From NCBI GenBank assembly GCA_963773065.1, contig CAVYZN010000011.1, positions 188,967-252,966 of the forward strand: 64,000 nucleotides of DNA. Reading direction: 5' to 3'. This document shows, piece after piece, positions 50,742-60,389 of this stretch. Each line of letters starts with the position of its first letter. Position 1 is the stretch's first letter. Under the pieces are notes generated by a model. That model was not told the DNA's origin. It saw only the letters and a list, made by a program, of their open reading frames with translations, and did not search any database. A program made the position numbers and the translations under genes. The stretch is from an uncultured Gammaproteobacteria bacterium. Its GTDB lineage: Bacteria > Pseudomonadota > Gammaproteobacteria > UBA9214.

Positions 50742-51227
50742 ATGCAACCACGATTGAATTTTTCGAAAGTCTCGCCCGAGGCATCCAAGGCCATGCTGGG
50801 TCTCGAGACCTGCATCGCCAGAGGCAGCATCGAACGCCCGCTCATCGAACTGGTCAAGATGCGTGCCTCGCAGATCAACGGCTGCGCCTTTTGCCTGGAT
50901 ATGCACTCGAAAGACGCACGCGCCGCGGGTGAGAATGAGCAGCGGCTCTACGCACTCGATGCCTGGCGTGAGACACCGTTCTATACGGCACGGGAGCGGG
51001 CAGCCCTGGCCTGGACGGAAACACTCACGCTCGTCGCCGAGACCCATGTGCCGGATGCAGAGTACGATGCGGCACGCAGCGAGTTCTCGGAGCAGGAGCT
51101 GGTCGATCTGACGCTCACGATTGTCGCCATCAATGGTTGGAACCGGATCGAGGTCGGCTTTCGCGCCGTGCCCGGTACCTATCAACCGGCCAAGTTCGCG
51201 GGCCTGGCGAAGAGCGGCGAACACTGA
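50742..51227 (+). CDS. carboxymuconolactone decarboxylase (AhpD-like) family protein
   Basis: 161-aa ORF: ...ELVKMRASQINGCAFCLDMHSKDARAAGE..RLYALDAWRETPFYT.RERAALAWTE, the CxxC-type CMD motif. Confidence 0.85.
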   Translation: MQPRLNFSKVSPEASKAMLGLETCIARGSIERPLIELVKMRASQINGCAFCLDMHSKDARAAGENEQRLYALDAWRETPFYTARERAALAWTETLTLVAETHVPDAEYDAARSEFSEQELVDLTLTIVAINGWNRIEVGFRAVPGTYQPAKFAGLAKSGEH

Positions 51228-51267
51228 AACGCGACCGTGCGGGTCTCACCGCGTAAGGAGAAACGAC

Positions 51268-52653
51268 ATGCATCCGGTTCAAGAGGCGATCACAGGCCGG
51301 GAACCCCACGGGGATTTGTCTTCGCTATATCAGGCGCTCAGCCAGTTTTATCATGCCTTCAACGCACGCGACATGGAAACGATGTCGCGTAACTGTGCAC
51401 AGTCCGACGACATTGTCATGGATAACCCCCTGGGTGGTATCAAGCGAGGCTGGGCTGAGATACAGTCGGTGTATGCGCGTATTTTCGACGGCCCCGCCGC
51501 GGTCTACGTCGAGTATTTCGACTACACCCTGCATGAGACCACGGACATGTTTTACACCGTGGGGAGGGAACGAGGGTATTTACGCTCAGGCGGCGAAGAA
51601 ATAGCGCTCGCCATTCGCACCACCCGCCTCTTCCGGAAAATCGACGGACGCTGGAAACAAGTTCATCATCATGGCTCCATCGAAGACCCGCGGCTGTTAA
51701 CCGGTTACCAGGCAGCCGTCCTGGGCCGAAAGCCGTCGTTGCCGGTCATGTGCGGCCAGGAAATACCGCGGGCTGTTCCACCGGTGGAGTTCAAGATTGT
51801 TTCGGTGAATGGCATGAAGCTGTTTTACCGCGACGCCGGTCCGAAGGACGCCCCCGTGATCCTGTTGCTGCACGGCTTTCCGTCGTCCTCGCGCATGTTC
51901 GCCACCCTGATTCAGAGGCTGGCGGACAACTACCGTTTGATCGCACCGGACTATCCGGGATTCCGCCACAGTGACGCGCCGCCACCTGAGCGGTTTTCCT
52001 ATACCTTCGACCACCTCGCCGGATGCATCGGGGGGCTCATCGAGCAGCTCGGTGTAACCCGCTATGCACTCTATCTTCAGGATTACGGCGGCCCCGTGGG
52101 TTTCCGTCTGGCCCTGGCCCACCCGGAACGCGTTCTGGCGTTGATCATCCAGAACACCGTGGCCCATCTCGAGGGTCTGTCCCCGGCGTGGGATCTCCGC
52201 AAGGAGTTCTGGCAGGACCGTCAGGCGCAGAAAGAAACACTGCGCCAGGCACTGCTCTCGCCTGACGTTGCACGCCAGCGTCATGCCGGTCACGTTGCCG
52301 AGCGCATCGACCCCGATACTTGGTCCGACGAGCTTGCGTTTCTGATGCGGCCAGGGATGGATCGCATTCAACTCGAGCTGATGTACGACTATCGGACCAA
52401 CGTGGCAGCGTATCCGGCCTGGCAAGCGTACTTGCGCGAGAACTGTCCGCCGACCCTGATCGTGTGGGGCAACCACGACGCGCTGTTCACGGTCGACGGT
52501 GCATTGGCCTTTGGACGCGAAGTCCCCGCCGCCGAGATTCATCTGCTCAATGCCGGCCACTTCGCCCTGGACGAGGAAGTGGAAACCGTGGCAGCACTGG
52601 TGCGACGTTTCCTTGCGGGGATCGGGTCACAACCACTTGGCTCAGACTATTGA
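51268..52653 (+). CDS. SnoaL/NTF2-like domain fused to alpha/beta hydrolase (epoxide hydrolase/haloalkane dehalogenase-like)
   Basis: AAGGAG SD before ATG 51268. N-terminal ~140 aa are NTF2-like (FYHAFNARDMETM...RLFRKIDGRWKQVHHHGS). C-terminal region: VILLLHGFPSSSRMF...APDYPGF..S, nucleophile elbow LQDYGGPVG, ...GHFALDEE. Confidence 0.75.
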   Translation: MHPVQEAITGREPHGDLSSLYQALSQFYHAFNARDMETMSRNCAQSDDIVMDNPLGGIKRGWAEIQSVYARIFDGPAAVYVEYFDYTLHETTDMFYTVGRERGYLRSGGEEIALAIRTTRLFRKIDGRWKQVHHHGSIEDPRLLTGYQAAVLGRKPSLPVMCGQEIPRAVPPVEFKIVSVNGMKLFYRDAGPKDAPVILLLHGFPSSSRMFATLIQRLADNYRLIAPDYPGFRHSDAPPPERFSYTFDHLAGCIGGLIEQLGVTRYALYLQDYGGPVGFRLALAHPERVLALIIQNTVAHLEGLSPAWDLRKEFWQDRQAQKETLRQALLSPDVARQRHAGHVAERIDPDTWSDELAFLMRPGMDRIQLELMYDYRTNVAAYPAWQAYLRENCPPTLIVWGNHDALFTVDGALAFGREVPAAEIHLLNAGHFALDEEVETVAALVRRFLAGIGSQPLGSDY

Positions 52654-52794
52654 TGGATGTAGCCGTAAACGATGCATCGGGCAGACTGAACCTGTTTCAG
52701 GTCGGAAACGGAGCGTCGATGCGGCCGTCGGTGGCGATGAGCAAAGCGATCAACAGTGCCGTCCATTCTGGCGGTTTGGAACTATAATCGCCGC

Positions 52795-55700
52795 ATGGAC
52801 GAGTCGGTCGAAAACAGCATCCAGGAATTCTTGCAGCGCTGGCAGCATGCCGACGGCAGCGAGCGCGCCAACTATCAACTGTTTCTCACGGAGCTGTGCG
52901 CACTGCTGGGGCTCGACCGCCCCGATCCCGCCAGCGTAGACACCGAGGAAAATGCCTACGTCTTCGAGCGCAAGGTGACCTTCCGCCACGCCGACGGCAC
53001 GACCTCCAACGGCTACATCGATCTCTACCGGCGCGGCGCCTTCGTCTGCGAGGCCAAGCAGACCAACAAGGAACTCGACTCCAAGGGCTGGGACAACGCC
53101 ATGCTGCGCGCCCACGGCCAGGCGCAGCAGTATGCGCGCGCCTTGCCCGCCGCCGAGGGACGCCCGCCGTTCGTCATCCTCGTCGATGTCGGCCGCAACA
53201 TTGAACTCTATGCGGAGTTCACCCGCTCCGGCGCGACCTATGTGCCGTACCCCGATCCGCGCTCGCATCGCCTCCATCTCGAAGACCTGCGCAAGCCCGA
53301 AGTGCGGGACACCCTGCGCGCCGTCTGGACCGAACCGTTATCGCTCGACCCCGCGCGGCGTTCCGCCAGGGTCACGCGCGAGATCGCCGCGCAACTGGCG
53401 ACGCTCGCCAAATCCCTCGAAGCCGCCGGCCACGGCGCCGACAGCGTCGCCGCGTTTCTCATGCGCTGCCTGTTCACCATGTTCGCCGAAGACGTGGGCC
53501 TGTTGCCCGGGCGCAGCTTCACCGGCCTGCTCGAGGAAACCCGCAAACAGCCGCAACTCTTTCCGCGCCTCATGCCCGGCCTGTGGCGGGCGATGAATCA
53601 CGGCGGCTTCTCCGCCGAACTCCGCACCGATGTCCTGAAGTTCAATGGCGGCCTGTTCGCCGACGCGACCGCGTTGCCGCTCGACAAGAGTCAGATCGAT
53701 CTGCTTATCGCCGCCGCCCGCGCCGACTGGCGCCATGTCGAACCGGCCATCTTCGGCACGCTGCTGGAGCGCGCCCTCGACCCGCTCGAACGTCACCAGC
53801 TCGGCGCGCACTACACGCCGCGCGCCTATGTCGAACGCCTGGTCATGCCCACCGTCATCGAACCACTGCGCGAGGAATGGGCCATCGCCCAGGCCACCGC
53901 GCTGCAGCACGATCGCGACGGCAAGCGCGACAAGGCCGTCGCCGAACTGCGCGCCTTTCACCGGCGGCTGTGTCATGTGCGCGTGCTCGATCCCGCCTGC
54001 GGCTCCGGAAATTTCCTCTATGTCACGCTCGAACACCTCAAGCGCCTGGAAGGCGAGGTGCTGAACGCGCTGGAAGCGCTCGGCGACACGCAGGGCCTGC
54101 TGGAAATGGCCGGCGTCACCGTCGACCCGCATCAGATGCTGGGTCTCGAAACCAACCCGCGCGCCGCGCGCGTCGCCGAGGCCGTGCTCTGGATCGGCTA
54201 CCTGCAATGGCACTTCCGCACCCGCGGCACGGTCAACCCGCCCGAACCGGTGCTGAGAGATTTCCACAACATCGAATGCCGCGACGCCGTGCTCGCCTGG
54301 GACCGCATCGAGCAGGTGACCGACGAGCACGGCATACCCGTCACCCGCTGGGACGGCCGCACGATGAAGACGCACCCGGTCACCGGCGAACCGGTGCCCG
54401 ACGAGACCGCGCGCGTGCTGCTGGAAAACTACGTCAATCCGCGCAAGGCGGACTGGCCGCAGGCGGATTTCGTGGTGGGGAATCCGCCGTTCATCGGTGC
54501 CGCGCGCATGCGCTAGGCGCTGGGTGACGGTTATGTCGAGGTGTTGCGGAACACCTACCCGGACGTTCCCGAGTCCGCCGACTATGTCATGTACTGGTGG
54601 CATCGCGCCGCCGAACTCACGCGCGCGGAAGTCGATCCGCCGCTTCGGCTTCATCACCACCAACAGCCTGCGCCAGACCTTCAATCGGCGCGTGGTGCAG
54701 CAGCATCTGGAACACAAGCAGCCGCTGTCGCTGGTCTTCGCCATTCCCGATCACCCATGGGTGGATTCCGCCGATGGCGCGGCGGTGCGCATCGCTATGA
54801 CGGTGGGCGCGAGCGGCGAGCGGACGGGGCTGCTGTTGCGCGTGATCGATGAGCAGGAAGGCGATGGTGAGGGGAGGGCAGTCAGACATCGTAGCGCACT
54901 CATGCGGGAAAACTGCATGCGGATTTGAAGGTCGGTGCCAATGTGGCCTCGGCCAGTCAGCCTGCGTGCCTGCGAAGGCATCAGTTCGCCCGGCGTAAAA
55001 CTTCACGGCGTGGGTTTCATCGTCACGCCGGAAGAAGCGGCTCAGTTGGGCTTGGGCCGTATTCCCGGATGCTGGAGAACCATATTCGCCAATACCGCAA
55101 TGGCAAGGATATGACCCAGACCGCCCACGGACGTCTATGGTGATCGATTTGTTCGGTTTCGTCAGCGGACGAGGTGCGCAGCCGTTACCCCGAGGTCTAT
55201 CAATGGGTCGTTGATCGAGTCAAACCGGAGCGCGATGCAAAATCGCACACGAAGGACGGTGCGGGCTATGCAAAGCTCTGGTGGTAGTTTGGGAAACCAC
55301 GACAGCAGTTACGTGATCGCATTGAGAGGATTAAGACGATACGTTGCTACGGTCGAAACCAGCAAAGCATCGTTTCTTCGTGTTTCTGGATGGCGAGATT
55401 CTTCCTGACAACATGCTGATCAGCTATTGCGGTCGACGACTGATTCATGCTTGGGTGTTCTTTCCAACCGCATCCATGTTGCATGGGCCTTGGCAACAGG
55501 CGGTCGCCTCGGCGTTGGCAATGATCCTCGTTACAACAAAACCCGCTGCTTCGAAACCTTCCCTTTCCCCAACGCCACCGACGCCCAGCAAACCCGCATC
55601 CGCGCGCTGGCCGAACAACTCGACGCCCACCGCAAACGCCAGCAGGCGCTGCATCCCGACCTGACGCTGACCGGGATGTACAACGTCCTGGAAAAACTGC

Positions 55701-56280
55701 GCCTGGGCGAGACCCTGACGGCGAAAGATAAAACCATCCACGAACAGGGCCTGGTGTCGGTGCTCGCGCAACTGCACGACGAACTCGACGCCGCCGTGTT
55801 CGACGCCTACGGCTGGAACGACCTCGCGCCCGCGCTGGTCGGTAAACCCGGCGGCACCACGCCGTATCCCGACAAACCCGCCGCCCAGGCCGAGGCCGAA
55901 GAGGAACTGCTGTCGCGCCTGGTCGCGCTCAACGCCGAACGCGCCGCCGAAGAAGCGCGCGGCCTGGTGCGCTGGCTGCGCCCGGATTTCCAGAACCCCG
56001 GCGGCGCCCAAACGGCGCAAGGCGAAATGGACACCGGCGACGAAACCGCAGTCGCCGCGATACCGCAGAAGAAACGCACCTGGCCCAAAACGATCCCCGA
56101 ACAGGTCCAGGCACTGCGCGGCGCGCTTGGTCACGGCGCCCGGTCCGCTGACCGGCGAACAGCTCGCCCGCGGTTTCAATCGCGCGCAAACGAGAGAAGG
56201 TGCAGGAATTGCTGGAGACCCTGGTCGCCCTGGGGCAGGTTCACCGCAACAAGGAAGGTCGCTATAACTTTAGAGGTTAA
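52795..56280 (+). pseudogene. MmeI-like type IIL restriction-modification enzyme (nuclease + N6-A methyltransferase + TRD), multiple frameshifts
   Basis: N-terminal PD-ExK-like [17 protein letters not shown]. MTase motif [14 protein letters not shown] and motif [11 protein letters not shown]. After 54516 the homologous reading ([15 protein letters not shown].., [22 protein letters not shown].., ..[17 protein letters not shown].., ..[24 protein letters not shown]) hops between frames at least five times. Confidence 0.8.
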
Positions 56281-56287
56281 ATTTTTT

Positions 56288-57669
56288 GGGTCATCGCGTA
56301 ATCGTGTGGGTAAAAACTGGCATTGCAGTGTGGCCAGACCCTGTAATTACCGGCATAAACAGCATTTGCTGAGGCACAGGAATTTGGCATGATAACCCGA
56401 TGGCTACCTCACGCAAACGACCCCGCCGATTGGCGGATGCATACACCTTCCCCGGTTTCCGTCCCCGGGCCACGGTGCGCGGTGTGTTCGGAGACCCGCA
56501 GGCCCGTGTTGTCACGCTTACACGGCGGTCAAAAAAACGATTTGCAGCGTCTGTGGGCGTGCGCATTCGGGTTGGTACGATCGCAAAGTCCGACGGGTAC
56601 GCGACCTGTCCTGCGGCGACACCCGTGTGTACCTCGACCTGGAGATCCGGCGTGTGGCGTGCCGGCGCTGCGGCAAGGTGAAGCGCGAGCGGTTGGACTT
56701 TCTGGCCGACAATCCGCTGTACACGAAGCGGTTCGCCCATTACGTAGGCCGGCGCTGCGCCAGCGCCACGATCAAAGCGGTGGCCAAGGAACTGCGCCTG
56801 GACTGGCACACGGTCAAGGAACTGGACAAGCAATACATGCGGTCGCAACTGGCCCGCGCGGGCACGCCGGGCCCCAAGGCGATCGGCATCGATGAGATCT
56901 CGATTCGCAAGGGACACACCTACCGCATCGTGGTCAGCGATCTCATCCGTTGCCGGCCGATCTGGTTCGGTGGCACGGACCGTTCCGAGGCGAGCATGGC
57001 GCAGTTTTATGACTGGCTCGGAGAAAAGAAGGCCAAACGCATCCGCCTGGCGGTGATGGACATGTGGAAACCGTTTCGCAATGTGGCTCAGGAACGCGCC
57101 CCGCAGGCGGCGATCCTGTTCGACAAGTTCCATGTGATGCGCCACCTGGGCAAGGCTCTGGATCAGGTACGCAAGAGCGAATATGCCCGCCTCAGCGGCA
57201 AAGAGCGGCGCTACATCAAGGGGCAGAAGTACACGCTGCTCTCGCGCAAGGAAAACCTGAGCCTGGAAGGCCGCACGGCGCTGAAGGCCCTGCTGGCGGC
57301 CAACCGGCGCCTCAACACCGCCTATCTGCTCAAGGAATCCTTTGGCCAGCTCTGGGACTACGAACGCGAGGGCTGGGCACGGCGCTTCTTCGACAACTGG
57401 CGTGCCAGCCTCAAGTGGCAACGCCTGAAGCCTTACGAGAAGTTCGCTGAGATGATCGAGCGTCATTGGGATGGAATCGCCGCCTACTGCAAGCCCGAGA
57501 ACAAAGTCTCGCTCGGCTTCGTCGAGGGACTGAACAACAAAATCCGCGTCATCCAGCGCCGCGCATACGGGCTGCGCGATGAAGAGTATCTGCGACTCAA
57601 GATACTGACGTGCATGCTGCCGATCCTCTAAAATGACCCAAAAGCACCCACACGATTACGCGAAGAGCC
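56288..57669 (+). mobile_element. ISL3-family insertion sequence
   Basis: IRs GGGTCATCGCGTAATCGTGTGGGT / GGCTCTTCGCGTAATCGTGTGGGT (18-nt identical core). A perfect 8-bp AT-rich target duplication AATTTTTT (56280-56287 and 57670-57677). Confidence 0.93.
56400..57631 (+). CDS. ISL3-family transposase, two frames joined at an A7 run
   Basis: Frame A (from ATG 56400): ...AYTFPGFRPRATVRGVFGDPQARVVTLTRRSKK. Frame -1 from the A7 run (56531-56537): TICSVCGRAHSGWYDRKVRRVRDLSCGDTRVYLDLEIRRVACRRCG (zf-ISL3), then IGIDEISIRKGHTYRIVVSDL... to 57631. Confidence 0.85.
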
Positions 57670-57708
57670 AATTTTTTGTTATGTGTCACCACATACTGGG
57701 AGTCAGCA

Positions 57709-58884
57709 GTGAGTCAAATCAAAATCCGAACTGAAAATCAGATCAACCCTGTCGGAGATGAGGTCTCCGCGCTTATCGCTGTCACGCGGCCAATTCTCCA
57801 AGGTCTTCTCTACGCTTTAAAGGAAGAAGTGGTTTCTGAAGTAGGAGGATTTAATAATGTGAAACTTATGATGCTTCACCGGATGTACCGTGCAGGAGAT
57901 GGCGATATAGGCATTTGCTTTGAATACGCAGTTCACGACGCGGTAAGACGCGGTGACTCTAACGTTATAGAGAAAGTAAATGATGGGATGAGAAGGTACT
58001 GCAAGGTAAAGGAGAACGAAACCGCCTTGGAGTGCGGGCGGTTAACTGGAGAGCGTGAGCCGATCACAGTTGCAGCGCGAACCGGCTGGCGAGTGAGGGA
58101 TCGGTTTTGATTCCCTCCTCAAGTTCACTCGGGGTGAGGTAGTCAATGCCCGAATGCACGCGTTTTTCGTTGTACACCTCCTCGATAAAGGTTGGCAAGT
58201 TTTCCAGCACGTCCAGGTACGTTTCGTCGGTTGATTGATACGGCCAAGGGACTTTTGACTGATGACTCAAGGCTGCTGACGGGTGCACAAGCACAGCCCA
58301 TCAAGCTGCGCCGCTACATCAATTTGTTGGCAGCTGCCTTTCGTCGGCCCACAACACGTCTTTTTCTACCTGCCAGTATCAGCGGAGCTTGGAAGGCAGA
58401 CCTGTTTCTCGGAATGAAAGACACCGACCGTTGGGTCGGTACGTCGGTAAAAATTAATCCATCGCAGTTGGAAGGGGCTACTGGGTTACGAGTAGGAATT
58501 ATTCCTTCACGTCAAGGCAAGAGCGACAAAATAACTTTCGATCACGCGAAGAATCTAGTTATTTGCCCACTCCCCTATGACGCAGCATTTATGGAAGTCT
58601 TCTACTCAGCATGGGTAATTATTCAACAGTTCATAGCCGCCGACGCTAAAGTACCGAAGGAGGCATCACTTCCGACGACGGCCAAAAGGATGGTCGCTAA
58701 GATCTTGGCCAAGCGTAAAGCGTATCCAATAGTCGACGTCATTGAAGCACTTGGTCCCATAGCGCAACCGGAGCTTCTTATGACGAACACAGAAGATCGT
58801 CCGGTGGAGCCTAGCCGCGATGAAGCCGCAACTGTTGAAACCTTGATAGCCCCGGTCTCGCGTTTCGTCGCACCAAACGTGTAA
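57709..58884 (+). pseudogene. unknown-function gene split by an IS3-fragment insertion
   Basis: GTG 57709 follows GGGAG. The N-terminal part (...GDGDIGICFEYAVHDAVRRGDSNVIEKV...) runs to about 58027. The C-terminal part (...WKADLFLGMKDTDRWVGTSVKINPSQLEG...) resumes at about 58260 in the same frame. No family recognised (faint restriction-endonuclease-like flavour only). Confidence 0.5.
58028..58260 (-). mobile_element. IS3-family remnant (3' end of orfB plus terminal repeat)
   Basis: The minus strand encodes ...YQSTDETYLDVLENLPTFIEEVYNEKRVHSGIDYLTPSELEE..., the conserved C-terminus of IS3 OrfB. The element end starts TGGAGTGCGGG at 58028. Confidence 0.75.
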
Positions 58885-58953
58885 CGGGATGATATTGGAA
58901 AAACCGGAACAGATTTAATTTTCCTTTGCGCGTAACAAGAGAGTACCGTATCT

Positions 58954-59123
58954 ATGCCTACAATTTCGATGTTTTACGGAATCTGTTGGCTGGCGCATTA
59001 CCGCCGAAGAAACACAAACGGGTCGTTGCATGGATTGAAATACACCAGGAGGATTTGCTTGCCGATTGGGAATTGGCGGTTAATGGCAAGAAACCTTTCC
59101 CTATCCGAGGGCTTGATCAATGA
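58954..59123 (+). pseudogene. DUF4160 gene with internal deletion/frameshift
   Basis: Starts MPTISMFYGI (typical DUF4160 N-terminus) and ends, in another frame, ...LPPKKHKRVVAWIEIHQEDLLADWELAVNGKKPFPI (typical C-terminus). The middle ~30 codons are missing. Confidence 0.7.
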
Positions 59124-59374
59124 ATATTGCAGAAATTCTTCCGAAAGAAAATTACATGCTATACATCAAGACTGATAATGGACAGGCCGGTCTGTTTGAT
59201 GTAACGCCCTATCTCGAATCAGAAGCTTTTGCACCCCTGAAAGACCGAAGTGAGTTCGAGCATATTCACAATGGAAGGTACTTCATTGAATGGGACTGTG
59301 GGGCGGACCTTTCGGCAGACACAATTCAGGCGCGGTGGAAGCCTGCGACAAATGACACCGCCCAAAACGCTTAA
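59120..59374 (+). CDS. DUF2442 domain protein
   Basis: 84-aa ORF overlapping the previous stop. ...NYMLYIKTDNGQAGLFDVTPYL....FAPLKD...F..IH.NGRYFIEWDCGADLSADTI fits the DUF2442 pattern, the usual partner of DUF4160. Confidence 0.75.
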   Translation: MNIAEILPKENYMLYIKTDNGQAGLFDVTPYLESEAFAPLKDRSEFEHIHNGRYFIEWDCGADLSADTIQARWKPATNDTAQNA

Positions 59375-59774
59375 CGCGGTCTGCCTCAGTCACTGCGTTT
59401 CCTTGGCAGCCTGTTAACGCTAGCGCTGGGTGTCTTCATGCTGACATTGTACCGCGAGGTCAGAGTAAAGATAGGGAAGCATTCCTGGAATACCATGCGG
59501 CTCACAGACAAACTCGTCCTTGACCAGCTTGTAAGTGGCGCGTGTGATCTGGATGATGATCGTTCCCCCAATAGCCACTGGTTGTGTACCGATCCGATGC
59601 TAATGAAGGACCACCTGGACAGGATGACCTGTCGCTCGGGTGGCGACAGGTATTCCATCATAAGAATTCGAGCATTGATCCAAGCGAGTTCGAAACCTAC
59701 GTCTGGCGCGATCATCAGCGTAGCCTGGATCACCCATGTTCCCGGATTAACTCGCGTGCGGGCTACGTGGTTGA

Positions 59775-60389
59775 ATGGTAGCCTTGTCCTCCATGAAGTC
59801 CATTACCGGCTCAGTACCCCTCGCCCTTGCCTGCCATCCCCAAACCCCATCTCAGGCAATACGTGGTATCGACGTGGTGGTGGGTGGGACACCGGGTGGC
59901 ATCCTCACCCTGACCTTCGCCTTGGAGGGTGATCTCTCCGGTTTGCGCATCCCTGAACCCCGGCCGTCTCGCCGGGTGGACGGCCTGTGGCGGCACACCT
60001 GCTTCGAGGCCTTCGTGATGGCGGGGGAGGGGCCAGGGTATCGTGAGTTCAACTTCTCGCCCTCGGGGGAGTGGGCGGTCTATGCCTTTCGCGGCTATCG
60101 GGACGGCGAGAAACTGGAGGCGGAGCTGAGCCCGGGAATCGTGGTGCGCCGGAGCGGGGATCGGTTGGAGCTGGATGCGGGGATCCGCCCGGATTGCCTG
60201 CCGCCGGGCCGTTCGCTGCGGCTGGGGCTGTCCGCGGTGGTGGAGGACGCGGAGGGCCTGCTGTCATACTGGGCGTTGCGACATCCTCCGGGCAAGCCCG
60301 ACTTCCATCATACGGACGCCTTCGCGTTGCCACTGGTACTGCCCGGAATGCCTGACGTTAACACGCTCACCGGCGAGGTGAGGCCATGA
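59775..60389 (+). CDS. hypothetical protein (possibly DOMON-like beta-sandwich), coupled to the DUF1343 gene
   Basis: High-GC ORF with its stop overlapping the next start (ATGA). ...WRHTCFEAFV...YREFNFSPSGEWAVYAF...YWALRHPPGKPDFHH. The family call is tentative; the start could be ATG 59793. Confidence 0.5.
   Translation: MVALSSMKSITGSVPLALACHPQTPSQAIRGIDVVVGGTPGGILTLTFALEGDLSGLRIPEPRPSRRVDGLWRHTCFEAFVMAGEGPGYREFNFSPSGEWAVYAFRGYRDGEKLEAELSPGIVVRRSGDRLELDAGIRPDCLPPGRSLRLGLSAVVEDAEGLLSYWALRHPPGKPDFHHTDAFALPLVLPGMPDVNTLTGEVRP

Noticed and set aside
59386-59775. ORFs 59386-59733 (minus strand) and 59438-59932 (plus strand) between the DUF2442 gene and the high-GC core-like genes.
   Set aside because: No recognisable motifs in any frame. 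Plausible peptide stretches switch frame, suggesting a degraded gene, and I cannot support a call or even a strand. This may mark the island's distal boundary, but no tRNA-derived repeat was seen.
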